Of a stretch of DNA of 64,000 nucleotides, positions 25,596 through 40,454 are shown in pieces; positions within the stretch are counted from its first letter, which is position 1; each line of letters starts with the position of its first letter. The DNA comes from Octopus vulgaris (Eukaryota): positions 39,804,001 to 39,868,000 of the forward strand of contig OX597832.1 of NCBI GenBank assembly GCA_951406725.2, in the 5' to 3' direction. The translations under genes and the position numbers were made by a program. Below the pieces are notes generated by a model, which made no database searches, was not told where the DNA came from, and was given only the letters and a program-made list of their open reading frames with translations.

Positions 25596-25685
25596 CACGG
25601 AAGACGGTGTCAAAACAGGAACAAGTGCAGCCGGAACGATCAACAGGGGCCTTATCTGGTACCCAGATTAATTTGTAGAAGACAG
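25596..25685 (-). CDS. Membrane protein paralogue 1, 90-nt internal exon (CTCSCFD motif)
   Basis: ttttcacag|..TTCCGTG|gtatgt, phase 1/1. VFYKLIWVPDKAPVDRSGCTCSCFDTVFRG, homologous to 47839-47928. Confidence 0.9.
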
Positions 25686-26014
25686 CTGTGAAAATATTAG
25701 GGTAATTAAGAAGGTGAAAGGTTTGACTGTGGTAGCTGGGAAGAAAGGTAGAAAATGGTTATTTCGGGTTTAAAACTCTTGGAATCATCAAATATACGGA
25801 ACCCAGGTATGGCTTTGGAAGTGTAGGAATGGTTGTGTAGTTAAGTGTTTGCTTCCTGACAATATAGTTTCAGGGTCAGTCCTACTGCATCTCACCTTGG
25901 GCAACTGTCCTCTACAATAGCTTCAGGCCAACTAAAGCCTTGTTAGTGGATTTGATAGGCAGAAACTGAAAGAAGCCCATCACGTATGTGTGTGTGTGTC
26001 CTTGTTGTCACATT

Positions 26015-26268
26015 ACATCATCATCATCATTGTTTAGCGTCCGTTTTCCGTGCTAGCATGGGTTGGACGGTTCGACCGGGGTCTGGGAAGCCAGGGGCTG
26101 CACCAGGCTCCAGTCTGATCTGGCAGTGTTTCTACAGCTGGATGCCCTTCCTAACGCCAACCACTCCGCAAATGTAGTGGGTGCTTTTTACGTGCCACCT
26201 GCACAGGTGCCAGGGGAGTCCGGCATCGGCCACGATCGGTTGGTGCTTTTAACGTGCCACCAGCACGG
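26015..26268 (-). mobile_element. Retroposon 3' module family D
   Basis: Contains GGTGCTTTT(T)ACGTGCCACC(T/A)GCAC internal repeats. Confidence 0.8.
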
Positions 26269-26667
26269 ATAGTTATAAATGATTGCCATGTTATACAAGC
26301 AGTATCATTCATTTTCAATATTGTGAAAACCTGTCTGGCCAGGAGGGAAATATTACCTTACTTGGAAACTGGTAAGTTTTGGCAACAAGAAGGGAATCAA
26401 AACATACAAACTCTTTCTCATCTGACCCATGCAAACCTCAATTCTTCCTTTATTAATACCAGTAAATACCATTTAATCAATAATTAACGATATATGTTAA
26501 GTTAGTATTTAAGTGTATAAATATTGAGGTATTTCTATATTTTCTATCCCTCTATTGTGTAAAATTTTGATATATACTAAAAGTATTCATATATATTCTT
26601 CTTAATAATCTTTGGAATAACCCTAAATTTTATCTGTATATATATAACAGCATTGTTTTATAATAGA

Positions 26668-27038
26668 CTAGCACTATGACCCAGCAATGCCGGGTCATAG
26701 TGCTAGTGCATGCATATACAGCTGCGTGCGTGCGCACATACACGCGAGTACTGTCCAGATCTCCGACCAATCACATACAGCTCAGCTAGCTGGCATTCAA
26801 TTGGCGTATCAAGTTTCGGGCATTTTGATTGGGTTTTGGATAGAAAATTCACAAAAAAGTCACTTCTATTGATTTTTTAATGGCTTTGCGGGGTGACTGG
26901 GGAAATGTAAAGATGTGCACGACCACCCTTGGACGGTTTTAAATGACCATAGAAAGTGCGAGCCCTCTAACTAAAAAATTGTGGATCTGTATAAAGGACA
27001 CATACACACAGACATTTTGCTGTTTATATATAGAGAGA
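26668..27038 (-). mobile_element. Non-autonomous Helitron-like element
   Basis: Minus strand starts A|TC.. and ends with a hairpin plus CTAG|T. Similar TCTATATA..AAA..(TCTG)n starts at about 4038 and 48899. Confidence 0.65.
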
Positions 27039-28881
27039 TAACTGTAGTACTATATGATAAGACTTCCCCTGTGCCATTAGCCTTGGTCTGCTTAATAGCA
27101 GCCAACATCTTGTTTGAAGTATTCTCTTAATAAACTTCATGGCATCTACTTCAAATAAATCTTGATTTATGACTCTGCCATTTAGAATGTCTATCCACTC
27201 CACCCCACCCCCAAAGCTGATACTACCCTCTGTCTTCTCTAAGATTTGATAAACTAGTCAATAAAATTAAAACTGCCCCCCGCCCCCGTAATTAAAACTA
27301 AATAATCAGTGAAAAGCAGTGTCTTCTTTGAAAAATCTCAGTTACAACTGTGACGTTGTTGGTAAAACATGTTCTTTGTCTATCTACTTATCCTCTTGGG
27401 ATAATAAATCCACACAATCAGGGCTGGATTGGGGGATCATCATCATCATCATCGTTTAGCGTCCGCTTTCCATGCTAGCATGGGTTGGACGGTTCAACTG
27501 GGGTCTGAGAAGCCCGAAGGCTGCACCAGGCCCAGTCTGATCTGGCAATGTTTCTACGGCTGGATGACCTTCCTAACACCAACCACTCCGTGAGTGTAGT
27601 GGGTGCTTTTTACGTACCACCTGCACAGGTGCCAGATGGGGCTGGCAAACGGCCACGATTGGATGGTGCTTTTACGTGCCACCGGCACGGGGGCCAGGCA
27701 AGGCTGGCAACGGCCACGAACGGATGGTGCTTTTTCTACAACACAAAACATATAAATATACACAGGCATAAATATGTTTAGAAGGGACTCACCAATATGT
27801 AGAAAAGGGATCAGAATTATAAATAATACTGCAAATATGAAAGGAAGAGCTTTCTTTTTTATTCCACCAAAAGAAGGACAACCCTGGTAATGAACCTCTG
27901 TAAGGCGCCGTTCCACATAGTCTTGGAATCGGTTGTTCAAGGAAGAGGTCTTGTGATGCGACTGGGAATACATCTTCTCGTAAAGGTACTTCTGAAATTT
28001 AAAAAAATGTAAATATATCTATGTGTACGAGAGAGATAGATGTATGTGAGAGGGAATGATGGAGAGAGAGAAGAGAGGGAGAGCAAAGGAGGTTGAGAGG
28101 AGAGAAAAGAAAGCTGGGTATTAACCCTTTAGCACTCAGATTTCTTTGCCAAACGTATTGCTTATCTATTCACATTGTTTATTCACATCATACATTATCT
28201 TATAGCTTTGAGATTTAGATGTGACTGTTCACCATCATCATCATCATCATCATCATCATCATTTAACGTCCGCTTTTCATGCTAGCATGGGTTGGACGAT
28301 TTGACTGAGGTCTGGCGAACCAGACTCCAATCTGATCTGGCAGAGTTTCTACAGCTGGATGCCCTTTTTAGGATCTGTGTAAGAGGCAGAATCTGGCTGG
28401 TTTGAATATAAAATTGGTAGAATATTTGGGCCGGATGTGGCTGGTCAAAATGCTAAAGAGTTAAAGGAATCTGTTTATGTGTATGGGAAAGGTGGATGTG
28501 CATCATATGGACATAAGATATGCCCAGTTGCAAAGTGGATAGTGAACCATGCTGTGTGGTCGGTGGATAAGGTACCGTGTTACTGGGTAGATGATGGGTA
28601 GATGTTGCTGAGTGGATAGATACTGTACATGACTGACAGTAGACGTAGGTGTCAGTCATTGAGTATCATTGAAGGTATGAAAAGATGTAAAGTTTAAACC
28701 CTTCAGCATTCAGAATATTCTAGCAAAAGTAATGCTTATTTTATTACACTTATATATTTGTTTTGCAAGATTTTTGATGTGAAATTGTGTTGAAACAGAT
28801 ATTGTTGTATTTAGGAATGGTCATTTTGTCAGTTTAGCCAATAGTAAGGAGAGACACACAAATAAGAAAGAAGAAAGCAAA

Positions 28882-28926
28882 GGACTACTGATGAGGTCAC
28901 AGGAGTGTGACGAAAGAACTCTGGCC
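28882..28926 (+). ncRNA. Hammerhead ribozyme-like motif, family 2
   Basis: CTGATGA-G-GTCACA-ggag-TGTGAC-GAAAG-aa-CTC, with imperfect stem I. Confidence 0.5.
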
Positions 28927-29519
28927 AAAATAAGATTAAGATTAATGTAAAAAATGAATAACGCTGAAGCAAAGTAATGCTTATTTCTTCACATTGTTTT
29001 GAATTAATCATGCATTGCCTTGAAGCTTCAAGATTTCGGCCACGTGACTGTGTATTTATAGAATTACATTGTAGGGTACAAGTGAGAGACCAGGTCTGTC
29101 TAGAGTGAACGTAAAACAGGTAGGATGTTCAGGCTGGATATGGACAGTTTAAATGTTAAAAGGTTAATCAAGTCAGCCCTGACTGAGCAGAACTATAATC
29201 AAAGACGTTCCCACCATGACCAACCCCATCCTTTGTTTCTTAGACATAGTATAAACGCAAATCATATTATTCAATGTATTCTTCCTTTTAAGAGTATAAC
29301 AGGTATTGGTTGCTATTTCTAGCAAGACAACACAGGCCAGTTCGTGGAAACAGTATCTCAGAAGTAATACTATACATGTTAAACCATGAGACAAGGGGTT
29401 TCTATGTGGTCACTTAACATGCTAGATATATCAACCAAATCTTTCCCACCATTTAGACATTATCTAAATTGCAAATCCTGGAGGAATTCCTGTTTCTTTT
29501 GTCCTAGCTGAGCTTACTG

Positions 29520-29940
29520 TAAAATATGGTCTTTGGCACGCTGGATCTGTCCATGCACAAGATGTGGCCTGCCCATCTGAGCTGTCTGAGCAGCAGCAAG
29601 ATTTCAATGCTCAGGACATTGGTCTGATGGAGGATTTCATTGTCGGTGATATATCTCTTCCACAAGAGGTCCATGATGGAGCAAAATCATCTGTGGTGCA
29701 AGCATTCCAGCAGATTGACCTGCCTCCTGTGCAGCATCCAAGGCTCTGACTCCCAGAGGAGAGTAGCGATGACAACTGCCTGACAGACTTTGACCCTGAT
29801 GGCCAGGTGCAATGCACAGTTCTTCCATATACGCTTCTGCAGACGTCCAAAGGTGGGAAGGAGTCACAGCACAGAAGGACATGTGGATAGTGCGCAAATA
29901 TAAAGTAGACAATTTCATGTCTTATACCTTCAGGCACTGA
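29520..29940 (-). mobile_element. Degenerate RTE-like LINE fragment
   Basis: KLSTLYL...LSSLLS..W...HH...W remnants with frameshifts. Confidence 0.55.
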
Positions 29941-30024
29941 ATCATGTTACAGAAGCTGTAAAGTGCCAGACAAATTGGCTGTGGTTAGACCATTGAGCTC
30001 ACGATCATGGGGCAGTGAGTCTAA

Positions 30025-30337
30025 TTTATCGAACCCGAAAGGATGAAAGGCAACGTCGACCTTGGCGGAATTTGTACTCGGAACGTAATAGTAGACGAAA
30101 TACCTATTTCTTTACTACCCACAAGGGGCTAAACACAGAGAGGACAAACAAGGACAGACAGACGGATTAAGTCGATTATATCGACCCCAGTGCGTAACTG
30201 GTATTTAATTTATCGACTCCGAAAGGATGAAAGGCAAAGTCGACCACGGCGGAATTTGAACTCAGAACATAAAGACAGACGAAATACCTCTAAGTATTTC
30301 GCCCGGCGTGCCAATGTTTCTGTTAGCTAGCCGCCTT
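30025..30337 (-). mobile_element. SINE family B with partial duplication
   Basis: Reverse complement of 12812-13217. Confidence 0.85.
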
Positions 30338-30356
30338 GTTTTATCTATAACCTTGC

Positions 30357-30573
30357 CATCGATCAGGTAGCGACCAGTCAAATAAAATACTAAAACACCA
30401 AGAGAGAGAAAGATTAACGAAGAAATATAGCGGACGAAAATGGACAAGTTATTGTAGACAAGTAATGACAGGTAGAGAGATACACCTGAAAACCTCTGAT
30501 ATTTCCCTCTGACAAAACTTAATGCGTAAAAAATTGAAAATCCCATACTTACACACAAACTATTAAACCACAT
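30357..30573 (-). CDS. Candidate first coding exon of membrane protein paralogue 1
   Basis: ATG at 30573; unique sequence with a TM-like segment YISSLIFLSLGVLVFYLTG. Joins the phase-1 exon only through a GC donor (G|GCAAGG), giving 312 aa. Confidence 0.45.
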
Positions 30574-30802
30574 GCCCGTAATGTTTCGTTTTCGATGTTG
30601 AAATATAACAAAAACCAGAGGAAGTGAATAAAGTTACTGGTGGATAAAAATGATAAATAATGTGTCGTTGGTGTTTGAGGAGAGGAAGAAATGTATTGAT
30701 TACCAAGAGTTTGTTCTTTTTTATAGTTAAATCCAAGTCAATCCTGAACGAGCAGAATTATTATAAAAGACGCATTTTCAGATATTGTATTTTTAAATAC
30801 TT

Positions 30803-30990
<188 letters not shown>

Positions 30991-32653
30991 ATTTTCTAAG
31001 CAATAACGTTGATGGTTTTCGATGTATTTTCACGGTATTTTTGAGGGCGACAGGTGCTAGGGAATGAATGTCTGAACAATTCAAGTGGAACAAGCAAAGG
31101 TGTCCTTTGTTTAAGACAGTAGGATGTGATTTTATTCAGGTTGAGGTTTCCCGCAAGTTGAGCAAACAACACAGAGACACCTTGATAAGCTTGACACATT
31201 AAAAATGGTTTTTAATTAGTGAAGGTCAGGACGGAAGAACGACTGCTGCAATTATAATATGGGGAGCATTTTATTCAAAATCCAAATTTGGATCAGATTT
31301 TGTTAAATTTCTTCCAATCGCTAGAATTCGAATTTTCACCAGATTTTTTTTTATTTTTAGAAAAACGTAGTTTTACACGCTGATGGCAAAAATCACAGCA
31401 ATTTTGCTCGAAATTAATTACAAAGAAATTACAAATCTGGAAAAGTTGAAAATAATCTGGTGAAAATTTGAAATATTAGGTTGTCCCAAAAGTTCGTAAA
31501 CACTTGCGAAAATTGAATTTTTACTCGCCAAGTACTAACAAAAACAACAAAAATTATTCCTCAAAATAAAGACCATTATTTTCCAAGACTTTCTACGAAC
31601 TTTTGGGACAACCTTATACTTCAACTGGTTGTAAATTTAACAAGATCCCCAATTTCAAATCAGTGTTGAAGATGTCACATTTGAAATTAATGAGAGAGCA
31701 TCGGAACAATTATTTCAAGTTATCATGTCCATTTATCATTTTAAGAATTCATAAACTTTTCACATTTCGCTCAAATGGGAAAAAAAAAAACCCCTTTACT
31801 TATAAGTCCTGGACAAGGAGATTACTTTAAACGAAGAAGGTTGTGTTTTGCGAAAAAACAAAAATATTTTATCTGTCAGCGGATAAAAACTATTTTCACA
31901 TTTTTTTTTTTTTTTTACTTCAACATAATATCAGTAACTTATAGAATAAATATTCGGCAATCTTTCGTCTCTAGTAGACCTTTCCGTCGATTTCCGTAAA
32001 AATTTTTTTTTTACATATGGGCTTGCGGGAACTTTTGAAGTAATGAGAGCGAAAGAGACTAAGAGAAAACGATTGTATGTCGAGGAAGTTCTTTTGAAGT
32101 TACCGTGCATGGGAAGCATTGATGTACATGTGTGTGTGTGTGTGTGTTTGATGGGGTGTGGGAGACAGACAGTATGTTGTGTAATCGACGGAAAGGTCTA
32201 CTAGAGACGAAAGATCGCCAAATATTCTAAAATATTTAGCGAAAAGTATTACGAAAAAAAAAAAAGACAAAACAAAACAGGAATTTAAGTAAAATATCGA
32301 TTTGAAATGTTTGCCTAATTTGCCAAATTTCGGAGGTGGCGAGTAAGTTGATTAAATCGATCTCAGTGCAAAGACAACCTCGGCGGAATTTAATGCAAGG
32401 AAAGTATTGATATTAGCACAAAATCACAAAAAAATCAAAACATTGGTTTCTAATATTAGCACAAAATGGTATTGGTGGTGGAGAGGAGAAAACAGTCGGT
32501 TATTAAATCACTACAATACGTGATAAATGTTTTATTTTTCGAACATGAATGAATAAAGAAAAGGGGGTTAAGCTTGGTTTTGGGTTCAGTTTCCCAGGAT
32601 GACCAATGCAGAAGTGAGATAGAACGTTAGAACTTAGGGCGCCTGCACAGCAG

Positions 32654-32718
32654 AGTTCAAGGTCAATCTTTGCCCAGTGGCTTCACTCTGTGTGTTTTAG
32701 CTTTGTTACCATGGCAAC
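32654..32718. promoter_or_regulatory. Candidate regulatory module: RFX X-box GTTACCATGGCAAC (32705-32718) and nuclear-receptor site AGTTCAAGGTCA (32654-32665)
   Basis: Consensus matches in unique DNA between the two divergent paralogues, with CCAAT nearby (about 32603). Confidence 0.45.
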
Positions 32719-32933
32719 ATTTCGGACGCTGATTGATCAGAACTCGTGTATATATATATATATATATACAAAATTTAAAGAACTGAACACGAAAAGTGGA
32801 CAGTCAACATGCTAGATATAGACGTCAAATCGCTATTTCCCACAAAGAGTATGTTCTCAAATAAAAACTCAGCACAAAACCAAAACATTAAACAAGACTT
32901 TAATTGACTAATATCAATTTCTACCCTTTATTA

Positions 32934-32938
<5 letters not shown>

Positions 32939-32985
<47 letters not shown>

Positions 32986-33238
32986 TATATTATATATATA
33001 TATATATATATATACATATTATATTATATATATAATATATATATACATATTATATTATATATATAATATATATATACATATTATATTATATATGTAATAT
33101 ATATATACATATTATATTATATATATAATATATATATACATATTATATTATATATATAATATATATATACATATTATATTATATATGTAATATATATATA
33201 CATATTATATTATATATATATATATATATATATTATAT

Positions 33239-33282
<44 letters not shown>

Positions 33283-33353
33283 TATACATATTATATTATA
33301 TATATAATATATATATACATATTATATTATATATATAATATATATATATATAT

Positions 33354-33394
<41 letters not shown>

Positions 33395-33514
33395 CACACA
33401 CACACACACACACACACACAACACACACACAAATACACACACAAACACACTCTCACACACACAAAAAACTGAACACAAAACACACAAACACGTATCTGTG
33501 TACACATATATTTG

Positions 33515-33583
<69 letters not shown>

Positions 33584-33787
33584 CATATTATATATAATAT
33601 ATATATACATATTATATTATATATATAATATATATATACATATTATATTATATATGTAATATATATATACATATTATATTATATATATAATATATATATA
33701 TATTATATTATATATGTAATATATATATATATTATATTATATATATAATATATATATATATTATATATATATATAATATATATATAT

Positions 33788-33829
<42 letters not shown>

Positions 33830-33837
33830 ATATATAT

Positions 33838-33925
<88 letters not shown>
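32939..33925. repeat. AT-rich compound microsatellite with (CA)n core
   Basis: Directly visible. Confidence 0.95.
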
Positions 33926-33926
<1 letters not shown>

Positions 33927-34669
33927 TTCAGCTGGATTTATAGGGGCAGAGAGAGGGGCAATTGTAGGAAGGCTCCACGCCCACCTCCCAGCAATCAAAT
34001 ATGATTAAGTTCTCTTTCGATATACAAAAGTTGTCTTGACATTTAAAAAAAAAATGTAATGGATTCTCTTTTATGATAAATACCCACAGATTTTTTGCCA
34101 GTTTAGAGACAGCAAATGATTTAATTAAAATAATTAAAAAAAAACAGTTTATATACCCCAGTCCCAAAGCACAGGGGGTATTGTAGCTGCTTTTGGGACA
34201 ACAGAGACAAGCGAAGTGAGGAGAATATAGTGGGTTATTAAATTACATACATGCATGAGTGTTTGTGAATATAAAAATGTATATAAATATTATACAAGGT
34301 CAAGTTTATTTTTTCAATGCATGACTTAACCAATAGCAGCAGTTAAAGGCTTGCACACTCACATATCTACTTCTAAACCTATCTCAGTGAGGATTTGAAA
34401 ACTGGTTTTGTTACTGAAGCAAGGAGGTAAAGAAAACTTTTGAGTTTAGCTTTGATTATAAAATTACATCTCTCAACTTTTTCAGCTTTATTGCATATAT
34501 ATTCAAATGCTTCGTTAAATCGAACCCCTTCTCTTTTTTCATATATTTTTCGTCATTCTGTCAAATACTTGAAATCGCTATGGAAGTAGGACAAAGTTGG
34601 AAACCGTGTCAAAATGAATAATTTCTGATTTTTTATTATTTTTCTCATTTTGTACCAGTGCATCATCTT

Positions 34670-34899
34670 TGGAAGTAAAATTTGGTCAGGATAAGTTATG
34701 TAGTTGGAAGCAAAATTTGGTCAGGATAAGTTATGTAGTTGGAAGCAAAATTTGGTCAGGATAAGTTATGTAGTTGGAAGCAAAATTTGGTCAGGATAAG
34801 TTATGTAGTTGGAAGCAAAATTTGGTCAGGATAAGTTATGTAGTTGGAAGCAAAATTTGGTCAGGATAAGTTATGTAGTTGGAAGCAAAATTTGGTCAG
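34670..34899. repeat. 35-bp tandem repeat, about 6.5 copies
   Basis: Unit GGAAGCAAAATTTGGTCAGGATAAGTTATGTAGTT. Confidence 0.95.
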
Positions 34900-36326
34900 T
34901 TTAGATTTTAAAGTTTCTTAAGGTTGTTAAAGTTGGGAGTTTGAAACATAGGTGACAGGTACAACTTTCAAGAAATTTTCCCTCAAATTTGTTCTGATTG
35001 TAATTGAGGTAGCTAATGAAATATCTGGATAATTTTGACTGAAAAAAGCTATATTTTATGTTGAGTTTTTAGATTAAAATGAGTTTCATTAATTTCTTAT
35101 CATGTGCTATTTTTCCATAATCCTCTTTCATTTGACCGAGATATTTAAAATTTTGTTGCATTTCTGATGTCTAAGGATGGATATTTATGTGAATGATTCC
35201 TTTTTCAAATTTAATTCTGGAGAAATGGAAAGACATAAATAGTTTATCTTGACTTACCCATTTTGCCCCGCTTAAATTTGTCTTTTATATGCTCAAAGAG
35301 AACAATGGTTAATTTTCTGAAAGTGTTCTGAATATGTTATAGGTTTTATTTACTGTGTTTAGAGAAGTTCTTTACTTTGCTGATATAGTTCTGGTTAGGT
35401 AGTGACCATTTGTAAAAAATACATTCACTTCAAAGTCAAAAATGCAGTAATTATTACTCATTGTGCCCCACTCACTCTTACTGGAAACTGGAAAAGCAGA
35501 CTTTCGGAAATTAGCTGTTTGAATTTTCTGTATTATGTATATTCACGTCCCAAAGATAGGCAAATTTCAAAAAGTTAGGCAAAGTGGGACATGTAAATAC
35601 ATAAAATAGAAATTAAGTTGTTTTTTTTTAATAGAAATTCTTGATTTTTAAAACTTTCTCGTCATTATAAGACATGGTAGGAAATCGATTTTCCCCCCCG
35701 TGTCTAATATTAAAAAAAAAAAAAATGTATGGGCGGGGTACAAAAGGAAGTCTTTCCGAAGGGATTAAGTCGATTACATCAACCTCCCCAGTGTTCCACT
35801 GGTACTTAATTCATCGATCCTGAAAGGATGAAAGGCAAAGTCTACCTGGACGGAATTTGAACTGAGATCATAAATAACCCCAAAGAACAACGGAAGGGAC
35901 ATTCACGATGACAAAGTTTTAAAATGGCTGTTTTCACGGATCGAACCAAAAAAAAAAAAACAAAAAAAAAAGTGAATTCGATGGATAAAATGAATGGAGA
36001 TTTATTAGACGGGAAAAAAATAAATAATAATTACTTTTCACGCTAAAAGTAAAACCAATGATATTTTCACTATTGGATAAAAGCAGGATTCAAGTGAAGT
36101 AAGGAAAGCATGTTGAATAAAGCTAAGTAGAACAGGTAAGTAGATAGCGTACAGGTGCGAGAGTATGAATAACAAGCATACATATATTTATTTACACGAA
36201 TGGTTTATATCTAAGCTTTTAGCGCTGACATTTTCCCTTCAATAATTACTGCCCGGCAACTCTTAATCACTTCACCTTAAATAAACAAAAACCTCAACGT
36301 TGTTTAGTTGACACACACATTAACAC

Positions 36327-37185
<859 letters not shown>

Positions 37186-37285
37186 GATAAGCAATATTTT
37201 CCTTGCTCACACATAAAAATGCGTATATATATAGATATACCTTTATACATATATACACACGTATCAGGTAAACAGTGATGATCTG

Positions 37286-37321
<36 letters not shown>

Positions 37322-38399
37322 GTTTCTAAGAAACCAAAAAAAAAAGTGGCCTTAATTCTTAGTTCCAACTCTAAATGTAATACAATAGAAGTTTTCTGGT
37401 TGGCAGTAGTTGTAGCACTGACAGAATATAAAAACTTACTTGTTGGAATATCACAGTATTAGTTGTACGTATTTTTAAGTGGGTTGTTAAAAGATTTGCA
37501 CGACACAAGTAAAATGTGAAATGTCCATCAAATTGTCACAGCCGAAACGAATAAAGAAACCCGATATATATAGGACACACCCAATTATAGCAGAAGTGTG
37601 CGTGCGTGTTAGGTCGCTCTTGAGCGCTACTGGTACCAAGTAATCCAGTACAACCTGTTAAATGGTCGGGTCGTCGCGACTAAACCGGCAACCTCACCTA
37701 GAGGGCTTGGTGAGGAAGATGTTGAACACCTTGCAGGACAAAAAAAAAAGACCCGTCAAAGGGCGGAAGAACTAGAGTGCAGTCAACGGCCATTCAACAA
37801 CGTTTTGTTTGTGGAGTGTGTGTGTGTGTATTGTATTTCAAACTGTATGTGTGTATATTGTGTTTTAAATTGTATATATCGTATCTCAATTTTTTATTTA
37901 TATTTTATTTTATCCCCCCACACACACCTTTTTGTATGATAAATAGATAAGGGGTGCAAGGAGCACTTGTTCATGTTCACCCAAGCCGTGGCGAAGGCAG
38001 TCTATCGAGGAGAAGAAGGTAATTCTGAGTTTAAATACTCCACGGCTGTCTTATAGTTAGCCTTAGATTGGGCGAGGACTGGGCGAAGGACACCCTAATA
38101 TAAAACCCTCTTCTTTTTGGATCATGCTTCGTAGTTTACAGAATGGGAATGATTTCTGTGCAAAACTTTTCCTTACTTTAAAAAGCGTCAAGCACAAGTA
38201 TTGCTGGGAAGTACGCACATGGCTGGCCAAAGCCTAAAAAGGCGCAACCAAACAATGAAAGATGTTATTGATACTGAAGCAAATGGCAAAAAAAAAAGGG
38301 CTCCGAAACATTTTGTTCTGTGGTCTGGCCTGGCAGGTGTTCCAGAGCACCACAGCCTGGATCCGATCGTCATCCTGCCATTGTGAGTAAATTCAGGTT

Positions 38400-38532
38400 A
38401 AGCGAGCTACGCTTGTTGTAAAAGAGTTGCAGCGATATGATGTAGATGTTGTGGCATTAGCCGAAACAAGAATTTGTGGAAAAGGGAATTTTGTAGAGAA
38501 ATCGACTGGGTATCATTTATTTTGGAGTGGTA
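38400..38532 (+). mobile_element. RTE-like LINE APE endonuclease N-terminal fragment
   Basis: ELQRYDVDVVALAETRICGKG...GYHLFWSG. Confidence 0.75.
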
Positions 38533-39750
38533 TCATGTACATGTACCCTGATATGCTGCAAACCCCGTATTTTTGTTCGGAAGAAAGGTGGGGTGGGAAA
38601 TCGGACCCCTACCCCTATCCCAGAATTATTGAAAGTTTTTTTTTTTTCGTTGAATGAATTACGGTGACCTCCTAATATGCCATAAAACCCGTTTTGTATT
38701 TGGGAAACGGAAGTAGGGAGAGAGAGAGAGAGAGGGACGAAGTTTACCTAAACTTTCATCATCATTATATGCATCATCATCGTTTAACGTCCGCTTTCCA
38801 TGCTAGCATGGGTTGGACGGTTTGACTGAAGACTGGCGAACCTGATGGCTGCACCAGGCTCCAATCTTGATTTGGCAGAGTTTCTACAGCTGGATGCCCT
38901 TCCTAATGCCAACCACTCCGAGTGTGTAGTGGGTGCTTTTTTAAGTTTCACTGGCACGGGGACCAGTCAGGTGGCTCGAATGGTGCTTTTTATGTGCGTC
39001 GACACTAGGCCCGTCCCACACCCACACACACACCACCACCACCACTATCACCAACACTTTTTTCCGAACAAAAATAAGGGGTTTGCAGCATATTCAGAGG
39101 TCAGGGTACTTGATTCCACGCTAACAATCAGAGTTTTTTTTTCTTTTCTTTTTTCTTTGTGAAAATCGTGCGGGTGAAAATATCAAAATTTACCAAAATT
39201 TTATCCTTGTAAACAAATAAAATAGTTTTATATAAAGGGAGGTAATTACAAATTATTTCGCTATCAGAATTAATTCCCCTTAACAAAAGTTTGTTGCGGC
39301 AGCCAGAAAGCCTTGTCTTTCAAGAACCTTACTTCGTTACATGACCCCTTCCCTCTAAATGTACCCTCTCTCCCGCGCTATGAATCACCTATATTGCGAA
39401 GTGCATTATAGAAATCCTTCGCTTTACAGAAGTAATGCGTTCCTGAAAGTCTGGCCGTAATGCGAAATTAATTTTCATGTTATCAAGTGAGATTGTGTTC
39501 CTACAAACTTTTTCGAAAAAAAAATCCCACAATCTGCAGATTTTGTGCTTTATTTTCAAGTAAATGTTACCTTAGCTTTGAGGGGGGGGGGGATCATAGA
39601 TAAAGGTGTCCTTTACACAGTCAGCCCTGTATTGCTCAGCATTTACTGATTTAAAGTTACAATAATTTGATAAGGGCTCTAACATCTTTAAATATTGGTC
39701 GATGCTATGATTCCCGGGGCCTGAATAATTGTGGTGGGGCATGGGATCCA

Positions 39751-39781
<31 letters not shown>

Positions 39782-39929
39782 GTTTTTCTTTTAGTGAGAC
39801 ATGAAATTTCGAAAATCGTATTTTTGACAGAAACCATACGACACCCATATTCAGCCTAGCTAAACCAATCCTTATTGTTGGCAAATGAATTAGGGATAAG
39901 AATGTGCATTGTCCGGTTGTTTGGAAAAG

Positions 39930-40015
39930 GTGGCTGAAGATTGCTCGACATTTTAAAACTGATGTAATGCTTACAGTGTTTAATAAAACGAAGTAGCATG
40001 AAACGATCGTACCAC
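39930..40015 (+). ncRNA. Minimal type I hammerhead ribozyme motif, family 1
   Basis: Stem I GTGG/CCAC; core CTGAAGA (39934-39940) and GAAA (40000-40003); long stem II; palindromic stem III ACGATCGT; GUA cleavage triplet. Confidence 0.72.
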
Positions 40016-40086
40016 GTTACCTCGGATATACTTGTTGCTTATTTTGATTATTTATATATATATAGTAGAGAATGGGACATCTATAA

Positions 40087-40164
<78 letters not shown>

Positions 40165-40213
40165 TATATTTCGGAATAGTCATATTGCCAGTTTAGCCAA
40201 TAAATATTTAAAC

Positions 40214-40267
<54 letters not shown>

Positions 40268-40454
40268 CATCATCATCGTTTAACGTCCGCTTTCCATGCT
40301 AGCATGGGTTGGACGATTTGGCTGAGGACTGGCGAACCAGATGGCTGCACCAGGGTCCAATCTGATCTGGCAGAGTTTCTACAGCTGGATGCCCTTCCAG
40401 CGTGTAAAGTTAAAGATTCACCGACAAGAGAAAGATGAACGATGTCACATTCTC

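Noticed and set aside
34670-34899. CRISPR-like 35-bp repeats
   Set aside because: Simple tandem repeat without spacers.
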